Positions 8,325 through 16,152 of a DNA stretch of 35,937 bases are shown piece after piece. The position numbers and the translations under genes were made by a program. The DNA is from a virus (lineage: Duplodnaviria > Caudoviricetes): positions 1 through 35,937 of the IMG/VR virus record IMGVR_UViG_3300031965_000094. The stretch is one strand, 5' to 3'. The notes under the pieces were generated by a model, which was not told the origin of the DNA, ran no database searches, and saw only the letters and a program-made list of their open reading frames with translations. Every line of letters starts with the position of its first letter. Positions within the stretch are counted from its first letter, which is position 1.

Positions 8325-8377
8325 GTGGAGCCTCCGTGCTCTTCCGCCCCTCCGTTGCTTTTTCTCATACGTCATGC

Positions 8378-8407
8378 ATCATACGCAGGGAACTGACACT
8401 CTGTCAA
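8378..8407 (-). promoter_or_regulatory. Repressor promoter with overlapping operator palindrome
   Basis: Minus strand TTGACA-N18-TATGAT; TGACA-CTC-TGTCA palindrome at 8394-8406 overlaps the -35. Confidence 0.7.
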
Positions 8408-8421
8408 TAGACCGGCCCAGG

Positions 8422-8440
8422 TTTCACGGTGATCGTGAAA
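8422..8440. promoter_or_regulatory. Operator-like palindrome
   Basis: TTTCACG-GTGAT-CGTGAAA between the divergent promoters. Confidence 0.5.
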
Positions 8441-8457
8441 AAAGTTGACGGATAGTG

Positions 8458-8486
8458 TTGACAGGGTGACAGTCCGTGACTAGATT
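8458..8486 (+). promoter_or_regulatory. Early lytic promoter
   Basis: TTGACA-N17-TAGATT; TGACA-GGG-TGACA operator variant over the -35. Confidence 0.75.
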
Positions 8487-8496
8487 CACTGTCAGC

Positions 8497-8703
8497 GTGA
8501 ATAATTCACTATCAGTACCCCGACTTCTAGTCGATCAAGCACTCGCCCGACGTGGCACCAACCTAGCCGACTTCATCGAAGGCGGGCGCAAGCAGGGCAA
8601 GACCATCGAAGAAATCTACCCCGACCTAGTGGGTGCGACGGATGTCGACTTCACCGTCCGCACGCTCTACCGATGGGCACGCGAACTCAAGGTGTCCGCA
8701 TGA
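8497..8703 (+). CDS. Cro-like HTH protein
   Basis: Divergent from the repressor; TIEEI...TVRTLYRWAR helix-turn-helix; GTG start just after the predicted transcription start. Confidence 0.7.
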   Translation: MNNSLSVPRLLVDQALARRGTNLADFIEGGRKQGKTIEEIYPDLVGATDVDFTVRTLYRWARELKVSA

Positions 8704-9083
8704 GCTACATCAAACCGCACCTAGTAAACGAACCCCATTGGGTCTACTACATCTATGACGCCGAAGACCAATTGCTCTACATCGGCTGCACCGCCAAATA
8801 CCCCGCAACTCGAATCATCAGCCTTCGCGGCGAGACCCCGTGGATTGAGCGGATGGCCGCCCACCACTGGAAAGCCTGGCAGTACCCCAACGGACCGGTA
8901 GCTGAGGCGATGGAGGGTCGGCTCATCGACATCTACCACCCGCCCATTAATCGTCATCGGTCAGGCGTTGCTACCCGCAAAACCCATCCCATAGAACGGC
9001 ACATCGCCACCGCCAGCGGTCCCGTTCCACCTAGAGGCAGATGGCCGAAACGCTACCAGCTCGAAAAGGAGCAAGCATCGTGA
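8700..9083 (+). CDS. GIY-YIG family nuclease
   Basis: VYYIYDAEDQLLYIGCT...R...AEAMEGRLI...PPIN motifs. Confidence 0.8.
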   Translation: MSYIKPHLVNEPHWVYYIYDAEDQLLYIGCTAKYPATRIISLRGETPWIERMAAHHWKAWQYPNGPVAEAMEGRLIDIYHPPINRHRSGVATRKTHPIERHIATASGPVPPRGRWPKRYQLEKEQAS

Positions 9084-9154
9084 TCCACCGCATCCTCGCC
9101 CGTCTACTGGGCCGTCCCCGTATCGGCAACCGACTGAGCATCTACGGACGATGA
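9080..9154 (+). CDS. 24-aa micro-ORF
   Basis: AAGGAG RBS; coupled by 4-bp overlaps at both ends. Confidence 0.35.
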   Translation: MIHRILARLLGRPRIGNRLSIYGR

Positions 9155-9498
9155 GGGTCGTGGAGGTCGTTTGCGCTACGAAAGGGTGCGGTTACTCGCC
9201 CTTCCCGATGCAGGAAGACTACCAAGCCCGCTGCCGGAAAACCGGTGAAGGCTTCTACTGCCCAGCGGGTCATCGCCTGGTCTACAACAACGGCAAGTCC
9301 AAAGACGAAAAGTTGATCGAGGAGTTGCGTTCGCAGCTCGACTGGCGGGACCGCCGTATCACAAACCTGCTTCGCCAATTGAACGAGTGCAAGTGGGCCG
9401 GGTGCGGATTTGAGGCGAAGTCGCCTGGTGGGTTATGGACCCATATGCGGGCCTCGCATGGGATGCCGACGTTAGCCGAAGTTCGGGAGGCATCGTGA
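9151..9498 (+). CDS. Zinc-finger protein (C-terminal C2H2-like)
   Basis: FYCPAGH, a coiled coil, CKWAGC...HMRASH. Confidence 0.7.
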   Translation: MRVVEVVCATKGCGYSPFPMQEDYQARCRKTGEGFYCPAGHRLVYNNGKSKDEKLIEELRSQLDWRDRRITNLLRQLNECKWAGCGFEAKSPGGLWTHMRASHGMPTLAEVREAS

Positions 9499-9689
9499 CC
9501 CTCGTAGACCACCTCCGCGACCGGGGCTACCCCGAAGACCGAGCAGCCATCTGTCCACGATGCTCCACCAAGGCCAGCGTGTTTATCCGTTCCGACGACC
9601 GCTCAGACCTGGTCTGTTTGTCAACATTCTGTCGGGAGGGATCGACCCCTGCCTCGCTCCCCTCCCGACAGGCTGGGAGCGCGTCGTGA
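9495..9689 (+). CDS. Small zinc-ribbon protein
   Basis: CPRC...CLSTFC; GTGA coupling, GGAGG RBS. Confidence 0.55.
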   Translation: MTLVDHLRDRGYPEDRAAICPRCSTKASVFIRSDDRSDLVCLSTFCREGSTPASLPSRQAGSAS

Positions 9690-9832
9690 CCGTCCTCCTC
9701 GCCGGGGTGGTCATCGGGGTCGGCTTGGGTGCGATGGCGAGCCTCACCGTCCAGAGGGTTTCCTTCTGGCGACGTGCCCACCGTCGGGTCGAAGTGGACT
9801 CGACGGTGGAACGACTGAGGAGGCTGCGGTGA
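9686..9832 (+). CDS. Small membrane protein
   Basis: Hydrophobic N-terminus, basic tail; GTGA coupling. Confidence 0.5.
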   Translation: MTVLLAGVVIGVGLGAMASLTVQRVSFWRRAHRRVEVDSTVERLRRLR

Positions 9833-10287
9833 GCGCCACGACACAGCATAGAACCGAAGCCGATATGGGATGGTGCGACGAGCACGACTTGCCTGTCGAG
9901 TTGGGGATGCTCAACTGCCGACGTGGCGACACCGACCGGTGGTGGTCTACAAATCGTGGTGGTCATTTCATGGGCTACGACTGTCAGGTGGTTCGAGGAC
10001 ATTTCGTGCGGTGCCTTCACAGCGCGATGGAGACGTGCGGTTTGGATCGCCCCTTCGTCAAGAGAACCGAAACGTGGGCGACCCGGTGGCCGTATCCACA
10101 TCGGCTGGTCTGTTGGCTCCGAGGTCACGACTGGGTATCCCCCGTCATAGCAGGGATCGACAAGGGCCGGGCCTGTGCGCGGTGCTGGTACAGCGACCAG
10201 CTGCTCGCCCACGTTTTCCAAGCAGAGGATGGTTCGATTATTTGGGGGCGGTTTGAAGGTTCTCGCCGCTGGGTGTGGCCGGCGTGA
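9829..10287 (+). CDS. Hypothetical Cys/His-rich protein
   Basis: GAGGAGG RBS; CWLRGHDW...CARC motif. Confidence 0.55.
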   Translation: MSATTQHRTEADMGWCDEHDLPVELGMLNCRRGDTDRWWSTNRGGHFMGYDCQVVRGHFVRCLHSAMETCGLDRPFVKRTETWATRWPYPHRLVCWLRGHDWVSPVIAGIDKGRACARCWYSDQLLAHVFQAEDGSIIWGRFEGSRRWVWPA

Positions 10288-10302
10288 AAACATCTGACAG
10301 GT

Positions 10303-10398
10303 TTCGGGGACGAGATGCGAGTACCGGCGACGGCTCGCGGAACGCGGACGTGGTTGAGCAACCCGGCGTCCGCCTTCGTGCGACATCTCGTCCCCGAA
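10303..10398 (+). ncRNA. Candidate structured RNA (three-way junction)
   Basis: Perfect 15-bp closing stem with two internal hairpins, one with a GCGA tetraloop. Confidence 0.4.
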
Positions 10399-10420
10399 CA
10401 AGCGGGGCGGGACTCCAACC

Positions 10421-11353
10421 ATGACCCCTTATTACGACGAGGACGGGATCACCATCTACCACGGGGACTGTCGGGACGTGCTGCCGAGTCTCGACCCCGT
10501 TTCGCTCGCTGTGACTTCCCCGCCCTACAACGTGGGAAAGTCTTACGAAGACGGGCAGGACACCGCGGGGTGGTTAGACCTTATGTACGCGTTCCTTGCC
10601 GGCGTGTCCGGTGTCCTTAAACCCGGAGGGTTTGCGGTCGTGAACGTGGCCGACAGGCTGGCCATGCCAGATGACGACATGCCTCGCATAGCTGCCGAGG
10701 TGCTGACGGCTCGGTCTGGGCCATCCGTTGAAGCCGTCCACGCTGCCATGGCGGCCGATCCCCTGTCCTCGATATCCGACCTCGGGGAGCAGTTGGGATG
10801 CTCCGAACAGACGATCTACCGGAGGCTCAACGGGAACGGGTCACGCGGCGGCAAGTACCACCCAGCAACACGCATCGACCTCACCGCCCACCAAATCACC
10901 GAAGCCGCCCGGGCGTCTGACCTCTGGCTCTATGACTGTCGCGTTTGGGCGAAGGACCCGGCATGGGCCAACTCGCAGTGGACCTCCAACAGTTACCGAG
11001 CCGTTGATGAAGTCGAACATCTTCTGACGTTCTGGAAGCCCGGCGTATCGGTCGTGGACCGTCGGCGCCTAACCCCCGAGGAGTGGGGAGCATGGGGTTC
11101 TAGGGCCGTGTGGTCTATCCCGTCGGTGAGGCGGAACGACATCCATGAGGCCATGTACCCGGTTGAGTTGCCGGGCCGCTTTATCCGAATGCTCACTGAC
11201 CCCACCGACATGGTTCTAGACCCGTTCGCTGGCTCGGGGTCGTCTCTTCTTGCGGCCAGGTTGGAAGGCCGCAGGGCCATCGGTATCGAGATCGAAGAGC
11301 GTTACTGCGAGATAGCAGTCCAGCGTCTCGCACAAGGAGTGCTCGCACTATGA
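10421..11353 (+). CDS. DNA amino-methyltransferase (N4C/N6A, beta class) with HTH-like insertion
   Basis: TSPPY motif IV before VLDPFAGSGS motif I; HEAMYP; GIEIEERYC. Confidence 0.92.
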   Translation: MTPYYDEDGITIYHGDCRDVLPSLDPVSLAVTSPPYNVGKSYEDGQDTAGWLDLMYAFLAGVSGVLKPGGFAVVNVADRLAMPDDDMPRIAAEVLTARSGPSVEAVHAAMAADPLSSISDLGEQLGCSEQTIYRRLNGNGSRGGKYHPATRIDLTAHQITEAARASDLWLYDCRVWAKDPAWANSQWTSNSYRAVDEVEHLLTFWKPGVSVVDRRRLTPEEWGAWGSRAVWSIPSVRRNDIHEAMYPVELPGRFIRMLTDPTDMVLDPFAGSGSSLLAARLEGRRAIGIEIEERYCEIAVQRLAQGVLAL

Positions 11354-11505
11354 CCCGTCTCCTCGTCGCAGGAATGACCGGCCTCCTCATCGCAGCCACC
11401 GGCTACCAGATCCTCGAAGGTTCCTGGCTGGCGTTGGGTGGGGCGGTGCTCTCGGGGGCCGGTGTGGTCCTGTTGGCCGTCTTCGACTCAGTGGAGGAAG
11501 GGTGA
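11350..11505 (+). CDS. Small two-TM membrane protein (MTRLLVAG...)
   Basis: AAGGAG RBS, ATGA coupling; not in the ORF track. Confidence 0.55.
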   Translation: MTRLLVAGMTGLLIAATGYQILEGSWLALGGAVLSGAGVVLLAVFDSVEEG

Positions 11506-11861
11506 GCATGACGTACCAGATTTGCACCGAGTGCTACGCGGTCCAGGGAGTCGGTACCTGGCACGTAAAGTGTTACCCGGAAGGCTCCCACATCCTCGTA
11601 GAGGCTGTCGTAGTGGACTGCCCACATCTGGAGCGAACTGCGAAGGGTCGGGTAACGCGACGTCGCCGGGATCAGGCTGACGAGGCCTGCCTTGCTGCTC
11701 CTGACGCTATTGGTGGCGGTCATCACTATGGCGACGGACAGCGGCGTCACTTTATGACACCCGACGACGCCGAAGCCTTCAACGCAGCATTGGCCCAAGC
11801 CATCCGCATCACAGAGCTGGAGACAGAACTAGCCGCCTTAAGGGGCTCCGCCAATGTCTGA
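11502..11861 (+). CDS. Hypothetical protein
   Basis: Coupled ORF with GGAGG RBS. Confidence 0.55.
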   Translation: MSMTYQICTECYAVQGVGTWHVKCYPEGSHILVEAVVVDCPHLERTAKGRVTRRRRDQADEACLAAPDAIGGGHHYGDGQRRHFMTPDDAEAFNAALAQAIRITELETELAALRGSANV

Positions 11862-12174
11862 GCACACCGAAGTGGAGCGGTTCGGAATTGACGCAACACA
11901 TTGGGTCCTCCCCTCAACCCCAGCATCGAAGTACGCCCACGCCCCCAACTGGTCGGTGCATAGCGGCGACACCCCGCAGAGCCGACCCGCTTGCAACACG
12001 GAACTACCGACCTGGGATCGGTTCGATATCCCCAACTCTGAGCGCCTAGCCGACGGTAAGCCGCCCTGTCCCAAGTGCATTCGTCGGCTGCGACATCATC
12101 TGCGCTGGCTCACCGAGTGGGTTGAGTCCTACGAAGACCTGACTTGGCCTGCCTTCGATTCAGAGGACTCCTGA
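11854..12174 (+). CDS. Hypothetical protein
   Basis: Overlap-coupled ORF; H..PAC...CPKC. Confidence 0.55.
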   Translation: MSEHTEVERFGIDATHWVLPSTPASKYAHAPNWSVHSGDTPQSRPACNTELPTWDRFDIPNSERLADGKPPCPKCIRRLRHHLRWLTEWVESYEDLTWPAFDSEDS

Positions 12175-12387
12175 GTGGCCCGTACCGTCGCAGCCACCTT
12201 CTGCATCGATGTCCTCAGGAATGACCTCAGGTCCCGATACGAGATGACTCTGGAGGAGGCTGTGGAGTCCCTACGCGCGTGTTTTGATTCGATGTTCAGT
12301 TCATCGCAGGACGAAGCCTCTGGCATGACCCTCGACGAATTACTACCGAACATCGACCGCGTGCTGGCCGACTGGAGGCTGCGCTAG
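12175..12387 (+). CDS. Hypothetical protein
   Basis: AGAGGA RBS; abuts both neighbours. Confidence 0.55.
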   Translation: MARTVAATFCIDVLRNDLRSRYEMTLEEAVESLRACFDSMFSSSQDEASGMTLDELLPNIDRVLADWRLR

Positions 12388-12939
12388 ATGGCCCGCGCCC
12401 TCACCGCCACCGCGCTGCTCCTGACAACGTCCCTCCCCGCCCAGGCCCACAGCGAAGACGAGCTGACCGCCTGGTTGGACTCGTACGAACAGATGCGGGA
12501 CTACGACGTCGCCGACTCCCTCCCCTCAGAGGACTGGGACTTGGTCCTCGACTCGATGCGCGACCGCCACCCCTGCTCGGTGGTGCTGGACACGGCGTGT
12601 CCGGTGACGGTCCCCCGAAAACATGTTGACCCGGTGCACCGCGGGATGGGCGGGAACGTCGAGCAGTGGAGAGGGCTGGTCGAGGCCTACTTCGGGGCTG
12701 AGGCCACCAACACGGCTCTGTGTTTGATGCAGCACGAGAGCGGAGGCGCGCCGGACGCCTACAACAGCTCGTCGGGGGCGTCTGGTCTGATGCAGGTCCT
12801 TTCTTCGTGGGCTCCCAAGTTCGGGTACGCACCCGCTGACCTGTTCGACCCGGCGGTGAACCTCGAGATTTCTGCTGCGCTCTACCGGGACGGTGGGTGG
12901 AAGCATTGGAGTCCGTGGAAGCGCGGTGAGTGTCGGTGA
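12388..12939 (+). CDS. Secreted lytic transglycosylase (SLT family)
   Basis: Signal peptide ending AQA; HESGG, ASGLMQV, LFDPAVN and GWKHW motifs. Confidence 0.88.
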   Translation: MARALTATALLLTTSLPAQAHSEDELTAWLDSYEQMRDYDVADSLPSEDWDLVLDSMRDRHPCSVVLDTACPVTVPRKHVDPVHRGMGGNVEQWRGLVEAYFGAEATNTALCLMQHESGGAPDAYNSSSGASGLMQVLSSWAPKFGYAPADLFDPAVNLEISAALYRDGGWKHWSPWKRGECR

Positions 12940-14642
12940 GGGTCGGCTCCCTGTTCGCCGGGATAGGCGGATTCGACCTCGCCGCGGAACGTGCCGGCAT
13001 GGAAGTGGTCTGGCAGTCCGAAATCGACAATCACGCATCAAAAGTTCTCGCTCACCATTGGCCGGAGGTACCCAACTATGGCGACATACACGACATGGGC
13101 GTACGACTCGCTCAACGACCAGGCGACAGAGGAAATAGTGCCAACGATGGGACAGAACACAGGAATGGCAACAGGACGGGCAGGAGTGATCTTTCAAATG
13201 CCAGCAAGCGAATCAGCCCACTACCAGCCGTCGATGTTCTCACTGGAGGTTTCCCCTGCCAGGACTACAGCGTGGCAGGACTCCGCGACGGACTGGCTGG
13301 CGACCGTGGCGCTCTCTGGTGGGAGTATCACCGGCTCATTACTGAGCTCCGCCCCACCTGGGTTGTTGGAGAGAACGTCCCCGGGCTCCTCTCTAGTCGA
13401 GGCGGGGCGGACTTTGAGACGATCGTCGGGTCGCTCACCGAATGCGGGTATGGCGTGGCCTGGGCGGTTCTGGACGCTCAATACTTCGGAGTGGCGCAAC
13501 GGCGCCGCCGTGTGTTCATTGTCGGAAATTCTGGAGGACAACCCCGACCCGAAGTTCTCGCTCTCTCCGAAGGCTTGTTTGGGCATCCTGCGCCGAGCCG
13601 AGAAACGGGGGAAACAACTGCCCCAACCCTTGCGGCACGCACTAGAGGCGGTGGGTGGCCTGGGTCAGACGAAGCCTTAGACGGGGCTGTTGTTTCGTCA
13701 CTCACGGCATCCCACAGCTATGACCAGGTAGGGAATGAGGACTGGCTAGTGGCCGACACCCTTCGCTCACACCCGCGGCCAGGATCGGCGACCGTAGGAG
13801 CGATCGCCGCAACGCTCACGCAAGGCGCACCATCGGCGGGCCGCAGGAACGAGGACGACGTGAACCTTGTCGCCTTCGCCCAGAACCAGCGTGACGAGCT
13901 ACGAGCGCTTGATGTCGCCTCGTCGGTGAACGCCGAAAGGTGGGGCACAGCCAAGAATGAGACGCTATTGGCCCAAACTGTCTCACCCCACGGCTACAAT
14001 GGTTCCCATGCCGACGCCGAGGAAACCCGATCCAGTCAAGTTCTGCGAGAACTGCGGGACTCAATTGGCGAGGAAGCGTATGAGCAATGGGCAATTGGAA
14101 TCATTGCTGCACTTCGGACGGCGCAAGTTCTGCGACCGTGGCTGTATGGCGGAAGCCTTCAATGGGCGGACGCGTGGCGGCGACTCATGGGCGACGACTC
14201 ACTACCACGCGAGGAAGCTTGTACCTCCTGGGCCATGCTCACGTTGCGGGAAACCAGATGCGTCCGACGTTCACCATCGGGATCACGATCACACCAACAA
14301 CTCGCCCGAGAACTTGGAACGTATCTGTCGCTCCTGTCACATAACGGAGCATCAAGGCGGCCAGCGCTGCTCGATCTGTGGCGATCCTCACAAGGGCTTG
14401 GGCTACTGCGAGAAGCACTATCAACGCTTCAAGAAATGGGGCGACCCGATGCTGGTGAAGGACAACCAGCACGCTCCGCTACGTCGGTCAGACGACTAAC
14501 TCCACTAGAAGCGGAGCGCCTCCAGGGTTTCCCCGACGGTTGGACGGACATCCCCGGCAACTCGGACACGCAACGCTACCGGCAGTTGGGAAACGCGGTG
14601 GCTGTCCCGGTGGTCAAGTGGATTCTAAGGAGGCTGACATGA
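12936..14642 (+). CDS. C5-cytosine DNA methyltransferase, alpha polypeptide, with dual-coded insertion
   Basis: SLFAGIGG (I), GGFPCQD (IV), ENVPG (VI), QRRRRVF (VIII), RRLTPLEAERLQGFPD and RYRQLGNAV (C-terminal motifs). Confidence 0.93.
   Translation: MRVGSLFAGIGGFDLAAERAGMEVVWQSEIDNHASKVLAHHWPEVPNYGDIHDMGVRLAQRPGDRGNSANDGTEHRNGNRTGRSDLSNASKRISPLPAVDVLTGGFPCQDYSVAGLRDGLAGDRGALWWEYHRLITELRPTWVVGENVPGLLSSRGGADFETIVGSLTECGYGVAWAVLDAQYFGVAQRRRRVFIVGNSGGQPRPEVLALSEGLFGHPAPSRETGETTAPTLAARTRGGGWPGSDEALDGAVVSSLTASHSYDQVGNEDWLVADTLRSHPRPGSATVGAIAATLTQGAPSAGRRNEDDVNLVAFAQNQRDELRALDVASSVNAERWGTAKNETLLAQTVSPHGYNGSHADAEETRSSQVLRELRDSIGEEAYEQWAIGIIAALRTAQVLRPWLYGGSLQWADAWRRLMGDDSLPREEACTSWAMLTLRETRCVRRSPSGSRSHQQLARELGTYLSLLSHNGASRRPALLDLWRSSQGLGLLREALSTLQEMGRPDAGEGQPARSATSVRRLTPLEAERLQGFPDGWTDIPGNSDTQRYRQLGNAVAVPVVKWILRRLT
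13198..13680 (+). CDS. Nested beta-like subunit of the C5 methyltransferase (+1 frame; start uncertain, 13147 or 13198)
   Basis: CSLSEILE..PDPKFSLSPKACLGILRRAEKRGKQLP..L..AL resembles the alternative-frame subunit of M.EcoHK31I-type enzymes; AGGAG upstream of ATG 13198. Confidence 0.7.
   Translation: MPASESAHYQPSMFSLEVSPARTTAWQDSATDWLATVALSGGSITGSLLSSAPPGLLERTSPGSSLVEAGRTLRRSSGRSPNAGMAWPGRFWTLNTSEWRNGAAVCSLSEILEDNPDPKFSLSPKACLGILRRAEKRGKQLPQPLRHALEAVGGLGQTKP
14008..14499 (+). CDS. HNH endonuclease nested in the +1 frame of the methyltransferase
   Basis: CENCG..KFCDRGC, CSRCG, VHHRDHDHTNNSPENLERICRSCH, CSICG..GYCEKHYQR; TACAAT 7 nt before the ATG. Confidence 0.85.
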   Translation: MPTPRKPDPVKFCENCGTQLARKRMSNGQLESLLHFGRRKFCDRGCMAEAFNGRTRGGDSWATTHYHARKLVPPGPCSRCGKPDASDVHHRDHDHTNNSPENLERICRSCHITEHQGGQRCSICGDPHKGLGYCEKHYQRFKKWGDPMLVKDNQHAPLRRSDD

Positions 14643-14749
14643 CCCTCCTCCTCCTCCTCTGGCTGCTCGGCTCGGTCCCTGTCAGCCTTCTCCTCGGCAG
14701 GTACCTGCGCGGCGTGGTCGAGAGGCACTACCCCGAGGTTGAGGAGTGA
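14639..14749 (+). CDS. Small membrane peptide (MTLLLLLWLLG...)
   Basis: AAGGAGG RBS, ATGA coupling. Confidence 0.55.
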   Translation: MTLLLLLWLLGSVPVSLLLGRYLRGVVERHYPEVEE

Positions 14750-16152
14750 GCGTGCGGTGGATCACTGCTGACGTGTTCGACGGGCTCGCCACTCTCGAGG
14801 ACCGGTCGGTGGACCTGGTGGTGACTTCCCCACCGTTCCTGGCGCTCCGCTCCTACCTGCCTGCGGACCACCCGGACAAGGACAAGGAGATCGGGAGCGA
14901 GACCACCCCTGCCGAGTTCATCGACACGCTGTTAGCGGTCACCGCTGAGTTGCGGCGGGTGTTGGCTCCGCATGGGTCGATCGCCATCGAATTGGGGGAC
15001 ACCTACGCGGGGAGTGGCGGAGGTGGTGGGGACTACTACGAGGGCGGACTTCGTGAAGGTCAGCCCGGTTTCACCGGCTCAGCCGATGCTGATCGTGAGG
15101 CGCTTAAAGCGGCTAACGCTGCTCACTGGCGCCAGAAGAACCAGCCACGGGTTCGACAACGCAAAGATGGAGGCCAATACGGCAACTGGCCGCAGGGCGG
15201 AACAAAGCACAACCTGGACGAGAGACCCATTAGCGGCGGAACAGGCTGGCCTCTCGCCAAGTCGAAGACCCTGATCCCCGAACTGTTCCGCATCGCTCTC
15301 GCCTACGGACACAACCCGCTCACCGGCGCTGAGTCCCCTGCCGGGAAGTGGCGGGTGCGCAACGTGGTCACCTGGTGCCGTCCTAACCCTCCGGTTGGTG
15401 CGCTGGGGGACAAGTGGCGTCCGGCAACGTCGGATGTGGTGGTGGCCTGTGTCTCCGGTAAACGGTATTGGGATGACCTGGCGACGAGGAAACCGGGAAC
15501 CGACCCGACCAAAGTGCAGGCCAACAACCGGAGGCAACCGGAGCGATTCGGTGAGCGGGAGACTAACGACTTCATAGTCCAAAACCCCTCCGGCGCTCCC
15601 CTCCTCGACTACTGGCAACCACCGCTCGACATGACCATTCGTGAGGCGATTGAAACCGGTTGGCTCGACCCGGGCGACTATTGGGAGATTCCCCCCGGCG
15701 GATATAAGGGCTCCCACTACGCGGTCTTCCCCCCTGAACTGGTGGTCCCGTTGGTGAAGGCGATGTGCCCGGAGAAGGTGTGCCGGACGTGCGGGGAACC
15801 GAGCAGGCGGATCACAGAAACGACCAACGCTGTCGGCATGGCCGTGGGTCGAAAGTCCTGGCTCACAGAGGCAGGGACAGATGGCATCGGCTCAGGGCAT
15901 AGCGGCGAGATCACCGTCGAAGCCAACGACCGCTCAGTACCCGACAACGCTGAGAAGGTGACTCTCGGCTGGACCGACTGCGGCCACGACAACTACCGCC
16001 CTGGCCTTGTTTTGGATTGCTTCGCCGGAAGCGGAACCACGTTGGCAGTAGCACAGGGCCACGGCCACGACGCCATCGGGATCGATTTGGATTCGAGAAA
16101 TGCCGAACTGGCCCGCGGCCGGTTAGGCATGTTCTTCGAGGTCGACGTATGA
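14746..16152 (+). CDS. DNA amino-methyltransferase (N4C/N6A, beta class) with Cys-rich insertion
   Basis: VTSPPF, HYAVFPPEL, CPEKVCRTCG...WTDCGH, VLDCFAGSGTT. Confidence 0.9.
   Translation: MSVRWITADVFDGLATLEDRSVDLVVTSPPFLALRSYLPADHPDKDKEIGSETTPAEFIDTLLAVTAELRRVLAPHGSIAIELGDTYAGSGGGGGDYYEGGLREGQPGFTGSADADREALKAANAAHWRQKNQPRVRQRKDGGQYGNWPQGGTKHNLDERPISGGTGWPLAKSKTLIPELFRIALAYGHNPLTGAESPAGKWRVRNVVTWCRPNPPVGALGDKWRPATSDVVVACVSGKRYWDDLATRKPGTDPTKVQANNRRQPERFGERETNDFIVQNPSGAPLLDYWQPPLDMTIREAIETGWLDPGDYWEIPPGGYKGSHYAVFPPELVVPLVKAMCPEKVCRTCGEPSRRITETTNAVGMAVGRKSWLTEAGTDGIGSGHSGEITVEANDRSVPDNAEKVTLGWTDCGHDNYRPGLVLDCFAGSGTTLAVAQGHGHDAIGIDLDSRNAELARGRLGMFFEVDV

Noticed and set aside
8325-8375. Repressor start at 8375
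   Set aside because: It is only 2 nt from the predicted -10 box, whereas ATG 8324 has a GGAGG RBS.
9583-10422. Long antisense ORFs (also 12401-13197, 29373-30248, 31815-32675)
   Set aside because: They lie opposite well-supported genes and show no motifs; expected at high GC.
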